Source of the DNA: Blastocladiella emersonii ATCC 22665
Lineage: Eukaryota > Fungi > Blastocladiomycota
Reading direction: 5' to 3'
Length of the DNA stretch: 64,000 nt
Assembly (NCBI GenBank): GCA_025594325.1
Contig: JANHCV010000007.1
Coordinates: 1,860,001 to 1,924,000 of the forward strand
In this document: positions 60,759 to 64,000 of the stretch, in pieces
Layout: the number at the start of each line of letters is the position of its first letter
How positions within the stretch are numbered: the stretch's first letter is position 1
Translations under genes and position numbers: made by a program
Notes under the pieces: generated by a model
Seen by the model: the letters and a program-made list of their open reading frames with translations, nothing else
What the model was told of the DNA's origin: nothing
The model's database searches: none

Positions 60759-60820
60759 AAGCTTTACCTGATCGTCGTCCAAGTGTGAAAGTGATATATA
60801 GATTGAAATGCACATCGTCG

Positions 60821-63800
60821 TCATCCCGTCGTCGTGCCCTTGAGATAGTACACCCACGAGACGCCCGAAGCGTGCGAGATGGTGAGCTTGCCAACCTTGG
60901 ACCCCGAGTTGCCCGCTGCTGCCGCGCTGGCCGCTGCAGCGGCGGCCGCGTCCTTGGCAGCGGCGGCCGCGGCGGCGGCGCGCTGGTTGAGCGAGATGGC
61001 GGACCCCTTCTCGCGCGCGAGTAGCTCGGCGCGCTCCTTGGCCGACAACTCCTTGCCGCCGGGGCCACCAGCGAGGCCGGCCGTTCCGAGCCCGCCGGCG
61101 GCACCCGACCCGTCCCCGTTGGCGCGGTACCCGACGCTGATCGTGACCGTCTTCTTGGGGCCAATGGTCTCGGTGGCCTTGACGGTGAAGTTCGGGTTGT
61201 CGACCGACATGTTGAACGTGGAAGACGCGTTGAACACGTTCTTGAACGGGATCGTGGCCGACGCGCCGCTGCGCACCGTGATGGGGCCCTGCGGCCGAGG
61301 CGCCGCGCAGTACCCGTGCAGCGGGAACATGTAGTCGCCGCCTGTCGGAGACGTGACCAGCAGCGTGGTGTGGGTGTCGCCGAGCTTGCTCGGCTCGTAG
61401 GCCACGTCAATTTGGACGTCGCCACCCACGCCCGCGCCCGACAGGGCGTTGCTGCTGCCGGCCGACGCGGTACCGAGCGGGACAGGCGCGACCGTGATGG
61501 ACTTGTCGACGGTAAAGTCTGGGTGCTCGAGCTTGCACACGAACTCGGTCTTGGCGCGGCAGTAGTGCGTGAAGCGGATCGTCTGCGTGTGCTGGTTGCC
61601 GAGCGTGGCCTTGAAGTGCGTCGTCTTCTCCGGGTTGGCCGTCGTCGCCGTCAGGAACAGGTCGTAGACGAAGGTGCCGAGCTCGGGCGAGTTGAGGACG
61701 AGCTTCGCGGCCACGTTCTCGCGCGGGAGCAGCGGCAGGTACTCGAAGGCAAAGTCGCCGTCCGACTGCGGCGCGAGGCTGACCATGTGCGGCAGGTTGA
61801 CTTCGGGGACGCTGCAGTGCGCCGTGAGCGTGGCGGGGACCGCGAGCGGGTTGTTGAGGCGCATCTGCTTGACGAGCGACTGCCGCACGCTCGTCTGCAG
61901 CGCGAGCGTGCCCATGATCCCGGCCGGCGTCACCTTGATCGTCACGACGTAGAACTGGTACTCGCCCGTGGCCTCGTTGCGGAACGTGACGCGCAGGTTG
62001 ACGGTCGCCTCCTTGAACGAGTAGAAGTGCAGCTTGAACTCGCGCGTGCTCAGCCCCGGCACGTCCACGTACTCGTGGCCCTTGAGCAGCACGAACGGCT
62101 CGGGCTTGAGCTGCTCCAGCTGCACGCGGAACCGCTGCGACCGCTTGAGCCAGTTGCCGACCGTGAGCGACTCGACGTGGTTCTTCTTGCACATGACGTC
62201 GCGCGTGATGGTGGCGAGCGGCAGCGGCTTCTCGGCCGTCCCACTGAGCTTGTACAGCAGGCCGGACCCGTCCGAGAGCGGGAAGAACACGGACCCGGCG
62301 TACTCGGCCGTCGACTCGAGCGGCAGGAACGTAAGCTCGTAGCCAGTGCTCGACCCGGGCTCGACGGTCACGACCTCGGGCCCCGTCCAGCTCGCGTGGT
62401 CGATGACGGGCCGGATCACCCACCGCACCGTCGATTTGTTGGTCAGCGTGATGGTGCGCGTCTCGGGCGTGCGCACGGGCGTGCTGAACTTGAGGTGGTC
62501 GTTGTGGCTCGGCTGCGGGATGCAGATACCGCTCAGCGTCAGGCAGATGGGCGCCTTGACGCCCTCGACGCGGCACTCGAGTGCCTCCTTGCGGATGTCC
62601 GGGTTCACGGCGACGGGCTGGAACGTCACCTCGAATGGCACGTCCATGCCGGGCGCAATGTACCCCTCGGCCGGCGAGATGCTGAAGTCGGGGTAAAAGG
62701 CCTGCTTGTCCCACTTGAACGCGACACCGAGGTCACCCGTGTTGGTCATGGTCAGCTTCTTCGTGGTCGAGCTGCCGAGCGCCACGGGGCCGAACGGCAC
62801 CATCTCGCTCTCAAGCCGCACGTCGACGCCCAGCGCGGCACCCGACACAATACACAGCGGGAGGACCTGGCCGGCGTACTCCATGAACACCTCCTCGGAG
62901 AAGGGCGCGACGCGGTGCGGCGGGTCAAAGTCAAACTGGAGCGCCTGCACCTGCTTGGCCTCGAGGACAAACTGCGTGGGGGAAACCGTGATGCCGCGCT
63001 TGGCGAGCGCCTCGAGGACCGCGGGCGAGCCGACGGCGAGACTCGCCGCGACAGGGCTGCGATTGATGACGCGGATCGAGCGGCCGAGCGCCTGGCCGGG
63101 CCGCAGCGACCCAAAGTTGACGTGACGGTGCTCTGGGCGGAGCAGCTGTACGCGCAGGTCGCACCCGCTGCCCGACAGCGGGACCTTGATCTTGCTCACG
63201 CCGTTCACTTCGACGAGCAGGTGCTCGTTGTAGTCGGCCACCTCGCGCGGGTAGAAGGTGACGCCGACCTGCATCGTCTCGCGCGGCGACAGCGTCTTGA
63301 TGGTCGTCTCGCTGAGCTGGAACACGGAGCTGCTGCTCGACGTGACGTCCAGCGAGAGTGCCTGCACGTCGTTGTTTTTTAACGCGATGGTGCGCGCGAT
63401 CGGATTCGCCTGGTTGACTCCGGGCCGCCACAGGAAACACGGGCCAAAGTCGAGTGCGGACGGCGTCACGGCGACGAGCGGGAACTGCGACTCGCCGTTG
63501 AGGTGCAGCACGAACGTCGGCCCGTTGGTCACAGTGCACGTCAGCGGGACGCCGTGCAGCGACGTTGGATTCGGGCTGCTAAACGTGAGCGAGAACTCGA
63601 CCTTCTCGCCGGGCGGCACCGTGCCGAGCTCGGGCGAGATGGTGATGGCCTTGTCCGCGAACTTCCAGTTGAAATCGAAGAGGTAGCGGCCGTGGTTGTG
63701 CAGCCACAGCTTCTTGGTCTTCTTCTCGCCGACCTGGATGCGGCCGAGCTCAATCACGTTGGCGAGCATGGCCGCGCCAGCCGCCGAGTTGGGCCCAGTC

Positions 63801-64000
63801 GACGACGACGAGGCGAGGACGACAGGTGCCGCCGACGCAGGTCCGCCGGTACCGCCGCTGCCCGCCGGGATCGCGGCGAGTGGCGACTGCGCGGATCCGC
63901 CAGCGTTCCAGCGCGGCATCGCAGCACCGCCCGTGATGAGCCGGCGCTCAGCCATGCGCGCGCGCGGATTGGTCGCGGGCGCAGCCGGAATCGTGCCGTT
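60821..64000 (-). CDS. HYDIN: Hydin, C-terminal ASH/MSP Ig-like repeats (5' part outside the window)
   Basis: Serial Ig-like repeats (ISPELGTVPPGEK, FSISPAEGYIAPGMDVPF, GDTHTTLLVTSPTGGDYMFPLHG, PRPQGPITV) and terminal WVYYLKG. The frame stays open to the window end. Confidence 0.9.
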   Translation of the reverse strand, partial: NGTIPAAPATNPRARMAERRLITGGAAMPRWNAGGSAQSPLAAIPAGSGGTGGPASAAPVVLASSSSTGPNSAAGAAMLANVIELGRIQVGEKKTKKLWLHNHGRYLFDFNWKFADKAITISPELGTVPPGEKVEFSLTFSSPNPTSLHGVPLTCTVTNGPTFVLHLNGESQFPLVAVTPSALDFGPCFLWRPGVNQANPIARTIALKNNDVQALSLDVTSSSSSVFQLSETTIKTLSPRETMQVGVTFYPREVADYNEHLLVEVNGVSKIKVPLSGSGCDLRVQLLRPEHRHVNFGSLRPGQALGRSIRVINRSPVAASLAVGSPAVLEALAKRGITVSPTQFVLEAKQVQALQFDFDPPHRVAPFSEEVFMEYAGQVLPLCIVSGAALGVDVRLESEMVPFGPVALGSSTTKKLTMTNTGDLGVAFKWDKQAFYPDFSISPAEGYIAPGMDVPFEVTFQPVAVNPDIRKEALECRVEGVKAPICLTLSGICIPQPSHNDHLKFSTPVRTPETRTITLTNKSTVRWVIRPVIDHASWTGPEVVTVEPGSSTGYELTFLPLESTAEYAGSVFFPLSDGSGLLYKLSGTAEKPLPLATITRDVMCKKNHVESLTVGNWLKRSQRFRVQLEQLKPEPFVLLKGHEYVDVPGLSTREFKLHFYSFKEATVNLRVTFRNEATGEYQFYVVTIKVTPAGIMGTLALQTSVRQSLVKQMRLNNPLAVPATLTAHCSVPEVNLPHMVSLAPQSDGDFAFEYLPLLPRENVAAKLVLNSPELGTFVYDLFLTATTANPEKTTHFKATLGNQHTQTIRFTHYCRAKTEFVCKLEHPDFTVDKSITVAPVPLGTASAGSSNALSGAGVGGDVQIDVAYEPSKLGDTHTTLLVTSPTGGDYMFPLHGYCAAPRPQGPITVRSGASATIPFKNVFNASSTFNMSVDNPNFTVKATETIGPKKTVTISVGYRANGDGSGAAGGLGTAGLAGGPGGKELSAKERAELLAREKGSAISLNQRAAAAAAAAKDAAAAAAASAAAAGNSGSKVGKLTISHASGVSWVYYLKGTTTG

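Noticed and set aside
1-64000. tRNA, rRNA or other structured ncRNA genes
   Set aside because: No recognisable cloverleaf, rRNA or snRNA signature by eye. tRNAscan-SE and Infernal would be needed to exclude them.

Overview
GC-rich, intron-containing eukaryotic DNA. Introns are short, typically with GTACG(C/T/A) or GTGCG donors, a CTGAC/CTAAC branch site and YAG acceptors. Hydin (flagellar central pair), an Axl2-like protein and Git3/cAMP-receptor-like GPCRs together suggest a zoosporic fungus, probably Blastocladiomycota (inference). The conserved genes AXL2-like, EDC4, DML1/Misato, FAF2/UBX and HYDIN look intact and are interleaved with accessory DNA. (1) 1-12.4 kb: two paralogous F-box/LRR-like genes, a decayed third F-box gene and a PIF/Harbinger transposon. 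(2) 24.7-43.0 kb: a head-to-tail array of about 10 apparently intronless paralogues of a family I cannot assign. They share an N-terminal PTATRT motif, a ~200-aa central domain, a basic NLS-like cluster, a PIAS-type SUMO-interacting motif (in six copies) and a C-terminal AFRRGW helical module, and they show ongoing birth and death. (3) 45.8 and 49.1 kb: two genes sharing an unassigned ~95-aa C-terminal domain. (4) 52.9-60.8 kb: three GPCR-like paralogues, one hit by a Merlin (IS1595/ISXO2-like) transposon whose left TIR is itself interrupted by a near-identical second Harbinger copy. A fixed-spacing bipartite motif, GTGCGAGACG-N8-TATCACGTG, lies upstream of several genes in constant orientation. 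All family assignments come from motif recognition by eye; no database searches were run.
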